Source: Octopus vulgaris
Taxonomy: Eukaryota
DNA: 64,000 nucleotides
Direction: 5' to 3'
Assembly: GCA_951406725.2 (NCBI GenBank)
Contig: OX597836.1
Location: 26,040,001-26,104,000 of the forward strand
The notes under the pieces were generated by a model. It saw only the letters and a program-made list of their open reading frames with translations. It had not been told where the DNA came from and made no database searches. Position 1 is the first letter of the stretch, and every line of letters starts with the position of its first letter. The position numbers were made by a program, and so were the translations under genes. Shown here piece after piece: positions 27,890-43,105 of this stretch.

Positions 27890-28945
27890 TAAGGTTACTG
27901 CAGTCGTACTCAAATTACATTTTATACTATATACAATCATACTCAAACACCTCTACAGCCACATTCAAACTACAATCAAAGCCAAACTGTACTATAGCTA
28001 CCCTCAGTACAGTCATACTCAGATCACACTTTATATTTTATGTAACCATACTCACACAGCCCTACAGTTTCATTCAAGCTGCACTCCAAATTTAACTGCA
28101 CTCTTGCTACCCTCAGTGCAGTCATACTCAGATAATGTTTTAACTTCTATATAGTTATACTCAAATGGCCCAATAGCTTCATTCAAACTTCACTCACATT
28201 TAAACTATGCCGTAGTTTCTCTCACTGCAGTCAAACACAAATCATATTTTAAATTCTATGTAGCTACACTCAAATACTCCTATCGCTTCATTCAAACTGC
28301 ACTCACACTTGAACTATAGCTACCCTCACTGCAGACATACTCAGATCATTCATTAAATTCTATGTAGCTACACTCAAACGCCGTTATAGCTTCATTCGAA
28401 CTTCACTCACACTTCAACTGTACTGTAGCTACCCTCACTGCAGTCATACTCAGATCATTCTTTAAATTCTATGTAGCTACACTCAAACGCCGTTATAGCT
28501 TCATTCGAACTTCACTCACACTTGAACTGTACTGTAGCTACCCTCACTGCAGTCATACTCAGATCATTCTTTAAATTCTATGCAGCTACACTCAAACGTC
28601 GTTATAGCGTCATTCGTCATTCGAACTTCACTCACACTTGAGCTGTACTGTAGCTACCCTCACTGCAGTCATACTCAGACCATTCTTTAAATTCTATGCA
28701 GCTACACTCAAACGCCGTTATAGCTTCATTCGAAGTTCACTCACACTTGAACTGCACTGTAGCTACCCTCACTGTAGTCATACTCAAAGCATACTTTAAA
28801 TTCTATGTAGCTATACTCAAGCACCTCTACAGCTTCATTCAAACAGCTCTCGCACTTCAACTGTACTGTAGCGACATTCGCTAAAGCCATCCTGCAGCAC
28901 TCATTCAAACTACACTCAGAATTAAAGTGTACTGTAGCTATCCTC
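27890..28945. repeat. 109-bp minisatellite, about 9-10 units
   Basis: The anchor (TACTCA, or a variant at 28234) recurs at 27907, 28016, 28125, 28234, 28338, 28447, 28556, 28672 and 28781. Confidence 0.95.
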
Positions 28946-29528
28946 CACTCCTACATTTGCTCCTCGACTTCAGCTTCACTCAGACCGCCAACGCCATGTC
29001 CCACGAGTCGACGAGCGCACTCCTTCGTACAGCCTAATAACGATGTCGAGTCGCCGTACACGGCATCTCCTCAGTCTCCCCTCAGGCCTTTCGTTTCACA
29101 GATGCAGCGGCGCCTTTCCCTCGCAGAGATCGTTATCTCTTTCCCGGGTTGTTGGAACTAATCAAACTGCGATGCATTTGCAACTGCACTGCTGCATTAG
29201 ACTCGCATCAAACACCACCCAACACTGCAGCCAATGCAGCTAACTGCAACTGTTGCTCTTGCTCCGTTCGACTGCGCTCGCAACTGCTGCTGCTGCCGTT
29301 GCTGACGGTGTTACTACCGCTGCAGCCGAACTCTCCTCCACCACTGCCCCTGCTCCTGTTGTCGCCGCTGCTGCTGCTGCTGCTGCCGCTGCTGAGGATA
29401 ATGGGTACGATAATGATAACGATGATGATGGTGATGCTGATGATACTGCTGTATGCTATCATTCTTCGCTCTGTCAGTGAAATATACAGTTAAGTTTGGT
29501 TCATTGACATTGACATTCAAGCGTAGTA

Positions 29529-29569
<41 letters not shown>

Positions 29570-29684
29570 CTGTGTGTCTGTATATGTGTGTGTGTGCGCG
29601 TATCTGTATAAATCCGTATAGATATGTCTCTGTTGGTGTATGCGTGTGTGTGTATAAATCCACACACGTTTGAATGTATGCATG

Positions 29685-29736
<52 letters not shown>

Positions 29737-30058
29737 TAGATAGATACATACATACATATATATATATATATGCATATGTATGTGCGTATGTATAAATTCA
29801 CACACATAAGTGCATATATGTGTGTATGCGTGCGTGTATGTATTTACTTATGACTGTATTGTGTATTTTAAATATATGTAAACAGGTAAATGCATAGACA
29901 TATTTATATGTGTGTATGCATACGTGCATATATATATATGATAACACACGCATACATATATATGTGAACGAATGTATGCATATATGTACATATGCATATA
30001 TACAGTTTACATATATTTATATATATGCCTATGCACATATATAGTATATATATATATA

Positions 30059-30129
<71 letters not shown>

Positions 30130-30397
30130 GTATATATATGTATATATTCATATAGACGTATATATGTATATGTGTATATATATATATGTGTGTGTGTGTA
30201 TGTGTATGCATGTGTGTATATGTATATATATTTGCATGTGCCTGTGTGTTTATGTATGTACAAATTTATCTATGTGTGTATGTATGTTTATTGCTAAAGA
30301 TGTATATGTATGCATACGTTTATGAGTGAGTGTATGTCTGTATGTAAACAAGTATATAGATATGTTTGAATATATGAGCATATGTAAGTATGTAAAC

Positions 30398-30945
30398 ATG
30401 GCTCAGTGGTTAGAGCGTTGGACTCACAATCATGGGTGAGTGAGTTCGATTCCCAGACCGGGCTGTCTGCTCTGTTCTGGAGCAAGACACTTTATTTCAC
30501 GTTGCTCCAGTTTCACTCAGCTGTAGAAATGAGCTGCGACGTCACTGGTGCCAAGCTGTATCAGTCATTGCCCTTCCCTTGGATAAATAACATCTATTTC
30601 TTTACTACCCACAAGGGGCTAAACACATAGGAGACAAACAATGACAGACAAACGGATTAAGTCGATTACATCGACCCCAGTGCGTAACTGGTACTTAGTT
30701 AATCGACCCCGAAAGGATGAAAGGCAAAGTCGACCTCGGCGGAATTTGAACTCAGAACGTAGCGGCAGACGAAGTACCGCTAAGCATTTCCCCCGATTCT
30801 GCCAGCTCGCCGCCTTGGATAAATAACATCGGTGGCATGGAGAGGACAGGCTGGTATGCATGGGCGACTGCTGGTCTTCCATAAAACAACCTTGACCGGA
30901 CTCGTGTCTCGGAGTGGAACTTTCTAGGTCTCATCCTGTGGACCA
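30398..30945 (+). mobile_element. SINE family D interrupted by SINE A1 (-, 30595-30816)
   Basis: Box A TGGCTCAGTGG and box B GAGTTCGATTCCC. TSD CCTTGGATAAATAACATC at 30577-30594 and 30813-30830. An uninterrupted homologue lies at 38795-39131(-). Confidence 0.93.
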
Positions 30946-31292
30946 AAGGGTGTATTTACCCCTTTACCTGTATCTCTGTACACATGACTGCAGTTACGAA
31001 TCTCATTGTCCATGTTGGTCTTATCACATGCTAAACTTCACGAATCTCTCACACATTTTAACAATACCGATAACAGATTTTAGCGGTAATCTAATTAGGC
31101 GCCTTCTTTCTGGTTTCGTAACACCCGAATTTTCTAGATGGATAAAGAAGCAATTTGTTTTTATCGTCAAATCCTCCGTTAACTCTCGCTACAAATCTAA
31201 AGTTGTATTTAGAATGGAGTCACTGCAGATTTGCAATCATTTCGGCATAGTTGTTCTTTTTCTTCACTATTCTTTAACATTATGTGAACATA

Positions 31293-31632
31293 GGCGCGGG
31301 CGTAGCTGTATGGTAAGAAGTTTGCTTCCCAACCACATGTTTCCGGGTTCAGTCCCACTGCGTAGCACCTTGAGCATACTTCTTCTACTATAGCCTCGGG
31401 CCGACCAAAGACGTGTGAGTGAATTTCATGTACGGAAACTGAAAGAAGCCTGATGTATATAGATATTTATGTGTGTCGTTATGTCTATGTATATCTCCCA
31501 CTACTTCATGACAGCCGGTGTTGGTGTGTTTACGTTCCAGTATCGTAGCAGGTTTTCAAAAAAAGGACCGACAGAATAAGTACCAGGCTTTAATAAAGTA
31601 TTGGAGTTGATTCATTCGACTAAACCTCTTCC
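31293..31632 (+). mobile_element. SINE family B
   Basis: Colinear with 4615-4992. Confidence 0.9.
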
Positions 31633-32061
31633 ACGCATTCGATACAAAGCGCATTGTGACTAGCGATGTATAACAACATCCCATAGTTTGGCTAATCACG
31701 TCATTACGTGATTGGACAACATAAATGCGAGCATGCATATACGTATGCTATTCCTTAGGCCAAATCTAAGCCCCGTCAAAGTAGAATTACGATCAAATGC
31801 ATTCCATCCGCGACCTTCACTTCTCTTTCTAATCTATAAGGACTCAAGGACCACATGATATAATGTATCCCTTTATTACGACAGTTGTGGTTGATCTGAG
31901 AGAAATCTGGCTGCTATGTCTAACAGCATGAGGTGTGTGTGTGCGTATGTGTGTATGTATATATGTGTTTTTTTATATGCGTGTATGTACACATGTGTCT
32001 ATATGTGTATGTATGTGTGTATTCCCTCGTTGGATACTATTTATCTGCATCTTTATGTGTA

Positions 32062-32117
<56 letters not shown>

Positions 32118-32124
32118 AGTCTGT

Positions 32125-32328
32125 GTTATAGAAGGCTCGAAATTTTGGGGTGGAGGGCCAGTCGATCATATCGATTTCCAGTACGCAACTGGTACTTAAT
32201 TTATCGACCCCGAAAGGATGCAAGGCAAAGTCGACCTCGGCGGAATTTGAACTCAGAACGTAGCGGCAGACGAAATACTGTTAAGCATTTCGCCCCGGCG
32301 TGCTAACGATTCTGCCAGTTCGCCGCCT
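32125..32328 (-). mobile_element. SINE A2
   Basis: Family A head and core with the alternative tail. Further A2-type copies at 38433-38625(+), 39295-39497(-), 42599-42812(+) and 45169-45295(+, truncated). Confidence 0.9.
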
Positions 32329-32939
32329 GACACTTTTTCTATATTTGCAGCCTCAGGTGCGTGAGTGTGTGTGAGAGAGAGGGGGGAGAGAGGAAGAGAG
32401 AGGGAAGCTGAATGAATGAATGGATGTGTTTATCTGTGAGTGAACTAAAGTATTGAGTGAGTAGGTGAGTGTATGGGTAGGAGTGTGAGTGAGGGATCGG
32501 GTGGGAATGTATTTTGAGTGATTGCGTTCCCGCAGGATCAATGAATAAAAGCTATTGAGCTGTGGGTAGGAGGCGTGTGTGGCAAGATGGATGGGTGGGT
32601 GTGTGGGTGGATGGTTGAGTATAAAAAGTAGGGAAAACGAGAGGGAGAGGGAGAGTCCTCTCTGTACAGGTTGTTGGAGGAGAGGGTGGTGTTTTTGTAG
32701 GGTACATGAAAGGGGTGGGTAGGCGGGTAGAAGTTGTCTCTCTGTGCAAGAGGGAGCGAGAAAGGGATTGAGAAGGAGAGGGAGGATGGCAGAGAGTGAG
32801 AGAGAAAGGAGAGCAAGTGAAAGAGATGAGAAAGAGATGGAGAGAGAGAGAAGAAGAGCAATTGAAAGAGATGAGAGAGAGATGGAGAGAGAGAGAGGCT
32901 GAGGGGTTCAAGGAGTTTAGGGGTGGAGTGGGAGCGTAA

Positions 32940-34812
<1,873 letters not shown>

Positions 34813-34815
34813 TGT

Positions 34816-35117
34816 GGAGGCACATGGCCTAGTGGTTAGAGCAGCGGACTCGCGGTCGAGGGATCGCGGGTTCGAATCTGAGACCGGGCGATATGTGCAT
34901 TTATTAACGAAACACCTAAACTCCACGCGGCCCCGGCAGAAGGTAATGGCGAACTTCTGCTGACTCCTTCGCCACAACTTTCTCTCACTCTTTCCTGCTG
35001 CATCTTGCAGCTCACCTGCGACGGACCGGCGTCCAGCCCAGGTAGGGAACCTATACGCCAAGGAAACCGAGAAACCGGCCCTTATGAGCCAGACATGGCT
35101 CGAGAAGGAACAAACAA
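34816..35117 (+). mobile_element. tRNA-derived SINE family C
   Basis: Box A TGGCCTAGTGG and box B GGTTCGAATCT. The head is shared with 56582-56788(-) and 62661-63020(+). Confidence 0.88.
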
Positions 35118-35177
35118 TGTATTTATATATATATATATATATTTTCTAGTTTCAGCTCAGAGCTGCGGCCATGCTGA

Positions 35178-35218
<41 letters not shown>

Positions 35219-35576
35219 CAATAAGAGTGTGGAAGGGATCAATAGGTGATTCATCAACTTCTCGACATTATATTATGTTAACTTATATATATATATGCGT
35301 GGATGTATGTATCCATACACACACATACACACACACACACACACACAGCCACATATACACAATTATACAATTTAATCGATTGTGCATTTTCAATAACACG
35401 TCACCGTCTATCGATTGCAGCCAATTCTGACTCAATTTTATAACAGTACACCCTGTATTGAGTGCTCTGTCCTTGTGATTTTTTAAGCATTAACGTACAC
35501 TCACCCATTTAGAATAAATAAAATCTTGAGTATACGTATTTTTTGTATCTGCGCCTGTGTGTACGCGCGTGTATAT

Positions 35577-35613
<37 letters not shown>

Positions 35614-35746
35614 ATCTTTGTTGTTTCGACTGCGGCCATGCTGTAGCATCGCCTTGAAGAATTTTAATCGAATAAATTGACTCCTGTACTATTCTTTTTG
35701 CGAACTGTCTGTCTCTTTGGTCGAAGTTAAAGAATAAAGAGGATAG

Positions 35747-36054
35747 AGGCGTGGCTCTGTGGTTAGAAGCTTGATCACTAACCACATGGTTCCGGGTTCA
35801 GTCCCACTGCGTGGCACCATGGCACCTTCTACTATACCCTCGAACCGACGAAAACCTTGTGAGTGGAATTGGTAGACGGAAACTGAAAGAAGCTTGTCGT
35901 ATACATATTCGAGAACATGAAACTCTGAGTAACAACTTTTGCAATGTCTTTGCAGCCTTATTAATAAAGACTATTACTCTGCCTCCGGTATTCGAGTACT
36001 ATTCTTTCCCACTTTGTTTAGCATTTATGTGCTTACTCTGGTTTATATATATAC

Positions 36055-36149
<95 letters not shown>

Positions 36150-36226
36150 TGTATGTATATATATATACATACATATATATATATATACATATATATATGT
36201 GTATATATATATGTATATGTATATAT

Positions 36227-36276
<50 letters not shown>

Positions 36277-36899
36277 TACATATATATATACATATATATA
36301 TATACATATATATATATTTATATGATTGATTGATTGATTGATTCTAGTTTCAGCTTATGAGCTGTGGCCATGCTGGGGCACCGCCATTTGGTGTTGCTAC
36401 TTGGTTTCACTTCATGGAGGCTTTCTAGCAACTGCTATTTGGTGCATGAGAGAGTTCGATGCAGCTGCCCTCATCTGCCCCTCCTGCCGTGAAGTTGGTT
36501 CATCTGGGACACCTGACAGGAAGAGATCCAGCTTCATTTTAAAGACATCTGTATCCACCCCATGCAGGTCTCTCAGGTTCTTCGGGAGGATATTGAAGAG
36601 CTGTGGGCCTCGGAAGCCCAGGCTATCACAGAATCTTGTCCTACATCTTGATGGCAGGTTTGGAGTCCTAGGCACCACGCAGTGGCGCCCAGTTCTGGCA
36701 TTTGCGTAATTCTCGATGCCAAAGTTCAGGACACTTCCTCCAGGATCTTCCAGATGTATATTATGGCATATCTTTCCCGCCTACGCTCCAGAGAATATAA
36801 TTTTAATCTCTTGAGTCTTTCCCAGTAGCTTACATTCTGCATAGAGGCTATCTTCTTTGTGTAGCTTCGTTGGATCGCCTCAAGTTCTGTGATCAACTT

Positions 36900-36941
<42 letters not shown>

Positions 36942-36947
36942 TATATG

Positions 36948-36995
<48 letters not shown>

Positions 36996-37008
36996 ATATA
37001 AATATATA

Positions 37009-37069
<61 letters not shown>

Positions 37070-37290
37070 GTGTGTGTGTGTGTTTTTGTGTGTGTGGTAT
37101 ATTTATGTGTGTTTGAGTCTTTGTTCCTTCCCCGCCACCGCTATTGCTTGATAACCGATGCTGGTGTGTTTATGTCTCCCTAACTTAGCGGTTCGGCAAA
37201 GGAGACCAATAAAATAAGCGCAAGGCTTGTAAAATCTAAGTACCGGGCTCCAGCATGGTCGTCTTTAAATCACTGTAAGTAGCAAAAAAA
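35747..37290 (+). mobile_element. SINE B split by nested insertions (head 35747-35900, tail about 37110-37290)
   Basis: Head and tail match family B. The middle holds a short element, (TA)n tracts and a LINE fragment. Confidence 0.7.
36323..36901 (-). mobile_element. 5'-truncated CR1-group LINE: ORF2 C-terminus, 3' UTR and (ATCA)n tail
   Basis: [12 protein letters not shown]...YWERLKRLKLYSLERRRERY...GPQLFNILP...FKMKLDLFL. One frameshift, stop at 36412, inserted in (TA)n. Confidence 0.9.
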
Positions 37291-37577
37291 GTATATATAT
37301 ATATACATATACATATATACATATACATATACATATATGTATGTATGTATGTATGTACGTATGTATGTATGTATGTATGTATGTATGTATGCGCTAGCTG
37401 TATCGAAGAAGGAAAAACCTAACTAGCTACCTAACTACCTTGCCTTCTACTTATTGATTATCGATCTGTCCATATTCATGTCTCTAATTGTCAATAATAT
37501 ATTATCAAATCTCGTTTCTATATTTCGTCTGTGGATTTATTAATAACGATTAGACTCACTGAATCTCTCTTTCTCAT

Positions 37578-37613
<36 letters not shown>

Positions 37614-37897
37614 TCTCTGTCTCTCTCTCTCTCTCTTCTCACCTTCCTCCCTCCCTCCGCCATTCTCTCTCACTCACTCTTTTTTCCTCCCTCTTTCTCC
37701 CCCTTCCCATTGTCTCGCTCTCCGCTTCTCTGTTCTCTATCTCCTAGTCTATCTGTATATTCATGTATGTGTGTGTGTGCGCGCGGGCGCCTCTGTGTGT
37801 ATGTATGTATGTATGTATGTATGTATGTATGTATGTATGCGTCTATGTACACTTGAAAAACACACACACACACATAGATAGATAGATAGATAGATAC

Positions 37898-37969
<72 letters not shown>

Positions 37970-38794
37970 TTATAGACAGTTTTCAACAATAAGCTCCTCG
38001 TCCTTGTCTAAGCTCCTCTACTTGGGACATAAATAAAACCTCAGCTGTTCTATTAGTCGAATTTACTCCCTCTGCGTCTCTTTGTCTCTCTAGATTTTAC
38101 AATATTATCCACTTCGGGACATTTTCTTTTTCCCATCTTTTATTTTAGAAGAAATAATCGATTTCCGAAAGACAAGAGACCTGGCACGAATTTCTGGAAC
38201 CACAGCGACCGCTGTATTGTTTGCATATTTTCTAATAGATATCGCTTATGTGAAGGTACATCCCTTAAGCAGTCTGAAGCGACTTTACATTCTCTTTCCA
38301 GTTTCTCCGCCTTTACATTCTTCCACAAATACTCCACCAGACTTTCGTGTCTTTCATGAACAACAATGTTTAATGTTTGGTCAGTCCTGTGTCTTCTTGG
38401 CGTTCGTCCGTTGTTAATTTACAATCGTTTACAGGCGGCGAGTTGGCAGAAACGTTAGCAAGCTGGGTGAAATGCTTCACCACGTTCAGTGTTCAAACTC
38501 TGCCGAGATCGATTCTTGACTTTCATCCTTTCGGGGTCGATGAATTAGGTACCAGTGGAGTATTGAGGGTCGATGTAATCGACATACCCCTTCATCCGAA
38601 CTTTCTGGTCTTAAGCCAAAATTTTAAATCATTTACGGTAGCGGGCCCCAACCATCGGGCTGCGGACCACTACTGGGTTGCATAGAATGAAGACACTTTT
38701 CTTTTATATTTTATTTCTATTTTATTGACATTTGCAGTCTGTAGGGTGGGTTTGCATTATATGTTGTTATTTTATTTGTAATAAGGCACTAAAA

Positions 38795-39131
38795 GGTTAA
38801 AAAACCCTTTCGTTCACGAATGACCATGGGATAGCACCTCCAAGAAAGTTCCCCTCCGAAGCACAAGTCCCCAGGGAAGGTTGTTTATGAAAGCCCAGCA
38901 GTCACCCATGCATACCAGCCTCCCCTCGTAACTGATGCTATCCAAGGGAAAATAAAGGGCCGATATAGCTTGGCACTAATGACGTCGCAACTCATTTCTG
39001 CAGCGGAGTGAGCCGGAGCAACATGAAATAAAGTGTCTTGCTCAAGAACTCAACACACAGCCCGGTCCGGGAACCGAACACAAGACCAATTGATTACAAG
39101 CCCGATACTCTAACCACTCAGTCGTGCGCCT
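38795..39131 (-). mobile_element. SINE family D
   Basis: Homologous to 30398-30945. Confidence 0.85.
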
Positions 39132-39699
39132 TCAAAAGGTCGATGGTATCTGTAATATATATATGTATTATACATGAGCCAATTAAATTCTATATCCTGC
39201 ACTTTATTGTGTTTTGTTAAATTCCTGACCCCCCCCCCCGGCTCCTGGGGAAATTGTCTTGCATGACACCATGCCATGGGGTAAAACAGGTTGGTTGGCA
39301 CAAGGCCAGCATTTTTTGGGGTTGGCGGGATGAGTCGATTACATCGATCCCGGTGCTCAACTGGTACTTATTTTATTGATCCCGACAGGAATGGCAAAGT
39401 TGACCTTGGCAGAATTTGAACTGAGAATGTAGTGACTGTCGAAATGCCACTAAGCTTTTTGCCCTGTGCGGTAATGATTCTGCCGTATGCCGCCTTATTG
39501 TTACTAAATATTAGCAAATGGTATGTACCAAACAAGAACAATGTTTTTATTCACCCCATCCATTTAAGAACCCTGTATAAATCATGGCCTTTTTCTTCTT
39601 CCTCTCCTTCTTACTCTCATTATTCTACTTCTTTATCATCTCAGCACCCCCACTTTTGCTCCCCCAGTCCAACAATCCATTTAGCCGGGGTTTAGGTCA

Positions 39700-40050
39700 C
39701 ATGTCAAAGCATACACTGTTTCAACCACTATGCAACCACCACAAGACAGACCCAAATATATATATGATGGACACTCCCGTCGTTAGCCGACGTATGAGAG
39801 TTCGACAATTTCTTACCGAACAACCACACAGATGATTTGTTTATAGTGATCAAATGCTTGTGTAAACATAAGTTCCCTACCTCCATCACATGGACATTAG
39901 CTGTACAGGTGCAACGGGGGCCGAATGTCAGATGTCGAAATAATCGCAGAGCAACGCGAAATGAAATGCTTTGCTGCAGCGCCCGGTCTAAGATCGAACC
40001 CACGATCTCACAATCGTGAGTGACACACTTTAACCACTGAACCATGCGCT
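39700..40050 (-). mobile_element. tRNA-derived SINE variant
   Basis: Minus strand box A TGGTTCAGTGG and box B GGTTCGATCTT. The tail CTCCCGTCGTTAGCCGACG is related to the C/D tail. Confidence 0.7.
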
Positions 40051-40062
40051 TTCACACACTCA

Positions 40063-40124
<62 letters not shown>

Positions 40125-40163
40125 AATATATATATATATACATATATTTATATAAATACATAC

Positions 40164-40239
<76 letters not shown>

Positions 40240-40240
40240 A

Positions 40241-40325
<85 letters not shown>

Positions 40326-40672
40326 TAAACTTTAGAAAGCCCAAAAGCTTCAAGGGATAACCCAACGGAAGCAAACCTTCGAAGTCACCTTCAAGATTTT
40401 CTTTGGCAAATTACGATACTATGCTTAAGTGTAATGATTCATCTTTCAGGTAATGTTTGCGAGTTTTTTTTAATTATGTATGTATGTATGTATGTATGTA
40501 TGTATGTATGTATGTATGTATGTATGTATGTATGTATGTCATTATTCAGTTTATTTCAAGATTTCCTGCCAATAGAGAAAGCTCCTGCGTTGGAATTTCA
40601 ACGTCAACAACAGTGTACTTTTGTACATATGTATATACGTATGCATGTATGTATGTAAGCGTATGAGTACAT

Positions 40673-40717
<45 letters not shown>

Positions 40718-40910
40718 AATGACGCATGCATATGCATACATGTTTGCAAATGTGTGTATCTGTAAACCGAAATTTCGAAGTCCCAATCAACCGTTCTTCC
40801 TTATATGATTCCATAAACATTTACTCTAAAATGGAGTACTCCTAGAGTTTAATGTTAAATTTTCTATCTATAATTTCACATGAAACAAACATGGTTATGT
40901 GTGTGTGTGT

Positions 40911-40953
<43 letters not shown>

Positions 40954-41365
40954 CATGCATAGATACATATACTTCAACTATATATGCGAGCGCTCACATA
41001 CGCGTATACATACGAACAATTGAATATGTGTGTGTACGCGTGTGTATTTATGTGTGGGATGTATTTCTTTACGTGGAATCTTTATCTCATATATTTATCA
41101 CATTAAAATATTCCCAGGACCATATTTACCCCTATAGCAATATCAATGATGCTAAATTCCCTACCAGAATACCAACGTTTATTGAATTCTTCAGAGAGCG
41201 AAATATTACTGCTTTAAGCATGATGTCTGCCGTTTGTTGCTGTATATATTTATTGACATAAAATTGCCAAACTTACGAATGTAAATAGAACCATGCGATG
41301 CTGTCATGAGAACCGATATCACATGTTATTTTATGTAGAGTCGTATTTAAAAGCTGTATTTAATA

Positions 41366-41527
41366 GGCGCAGGCGTGGCTGTGTGATAAGAAGCTTGCTT
41401 CCCAACCATATGGTCCCGGATTCAGTCCCACTGCGTGGAATCTTGCGCAAATGTCTTCTATTATAGCCCCAGACCAACCATACCTGTGTGAGTGGGTTTT
41501 GTAGACAGAAACTGAAAGAATCACGTC

Positions 41528-41530
<3 letters not shown>
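41366..41530 (+). mobile_element. SINE B head running into (TA)n
   Basis: Colinear with other B copies. Confidence 0.9.
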
Positions 41531-41570
<40 letters not shown>

Positions 41571-41574
<4 letters not shown>

Positions 41575-41768
41575 AGAGTTTACGAAAAAAACAAAAGACG
41601 AAGACAGGTGGTGTACAAAACAAACAGATGTATTAGTATAACACTCAGGAATAGAAAAGGTCTTTTACGTTTCGAGCCTACGCTCTTCTACAGAAAGGGA
41701 CACAGAAAAAACAAGGAGAGAGAAAAATATGTGTAGTGGCTAACGATCTAACTTGACTAACGATCTAT

Positions 41769-41770
<2 letters not shown>
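41571..41770 (-). mobile_element. Family E element with hammerhead-like motif (41662-41697)
   Basis: Minus strand CTTT-CTGTAGA-A-GAGC(gtag)GCTC-GAAACGTA-AAAG, with (TA)n on both sides. Confidence 0.85.
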
Positions 41771-41822
<52 letters not shown>

Positions 41823-42842
41823 CTCTTCAGACATCGTCGATTTGAAGGAGAGGATGAACTAATGTGCGGTACGAACATTTGATAACTATAAACAAATCAT
41901 TTGTGCAGGTCTTTCGCCAAAGCTGAATGTTCATTAGTCGTCTTCGACTGGAAAGTCCATCGTTTAAAAGCTGTAGGATATTTTTGGGTTTCACTCCTAT
42001 CATCATTTGTTCATTTTGTTTACCGCGTACGAAGACCATTTATATGTAGACATTTCGAGGAACATCTTGCTGCAAGCATTAATTACTGGTAGGAACACCG
42101 TTTTTCGTTTTGCAACAATAATATACTACCAAGTGTTGATGGGTTGGATGTGGTACTGATGAAAGAACAATAAGTCCTAAAATGTGCATATACACTCATC
42201 ACCTATTTTTCTATCTTTGACTGCCTTGTTTAGATAGACGTAAACAAAACGTCGTAACTTTCAATGCTAGCTCAAAATTCTATTGAAAATCCTTTGAGAT
42301 ACGCTTTAAAAAATGAAGTAGAAGTTATATATTCCATGTTACTTCGGGCTGTCACCTCCTCCTGGTAAGTCGCATGGATCCCGTTATGACATATAGGGCT
42401 GTCCCCTTTCATTTTCTAACCAGAGCCGATTTCATTCAGGACAAGCAAACAAGCAAAAAGAGAATCGGCCCTAGTGCACGACTGGTATTTTATTTATCGA
42501 CACCGAAAGGATAAATAATGAAAAAATTGACTTCGATGCTATTTTGACTGAGACAGCAGCAACAAAGACCTTAAGGAAACGTATTACATAAATGTATTAA
42601 GGTGGCAAGCTGGCACAATTGTTAGCACACTGGGGAAAATGCTTTGCGGCACTTCGTCCGTCTGCAGGTTCTGAGTTCAAATTCCGTCGGGGTCGACTTT
42701 GCCTTTTATCCTTTCGGGGTCGATAAATTAAGTACCAGTGAAACACTGGAATCGATGTGATCGACTGAGCCCCCACCCCACAAAATCCAGGCATTGTGCC
42801 AATAATAGAAAGGGTTTTATATATATATATATATATACACAT

Positions 42843-42881
<39 letters not shown>

Positions 42882-42922
42882 GATATATATATATATATAT
42901 ATACATACATACATATATATAT

Positions 42923-42982
<60 letters not shown>

Positions 42983-42987
42983 GTATA

Positions 42988-43034
<47 letters not shown>

Positions 43035-43039
43035 ATATA

Positions 43040-43105
<66 letters not shown>

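Noticed and set aside
27890-28945. Regularly spaced repeats as a CRISPR array
   Set aside because: Whole units repeat with no unique spacers, there are no cas genes, and the context is eukaryotic.
34816-34890. tRNA genes at box A/box B motifs (also 10256, 30398, 56715, 62661)
   Set aside because: I could not form a complete cloverleaf or acceptor stem, and each continues into a repeat body, so they are SINE heads.
41826-42370. Unique stretch with ORFs and a TG/GTAAGT donor at about 42365
   Set aside because: No coherent reading frame or recognisable protein. It may be an old transposon remnant but cannot be supported.
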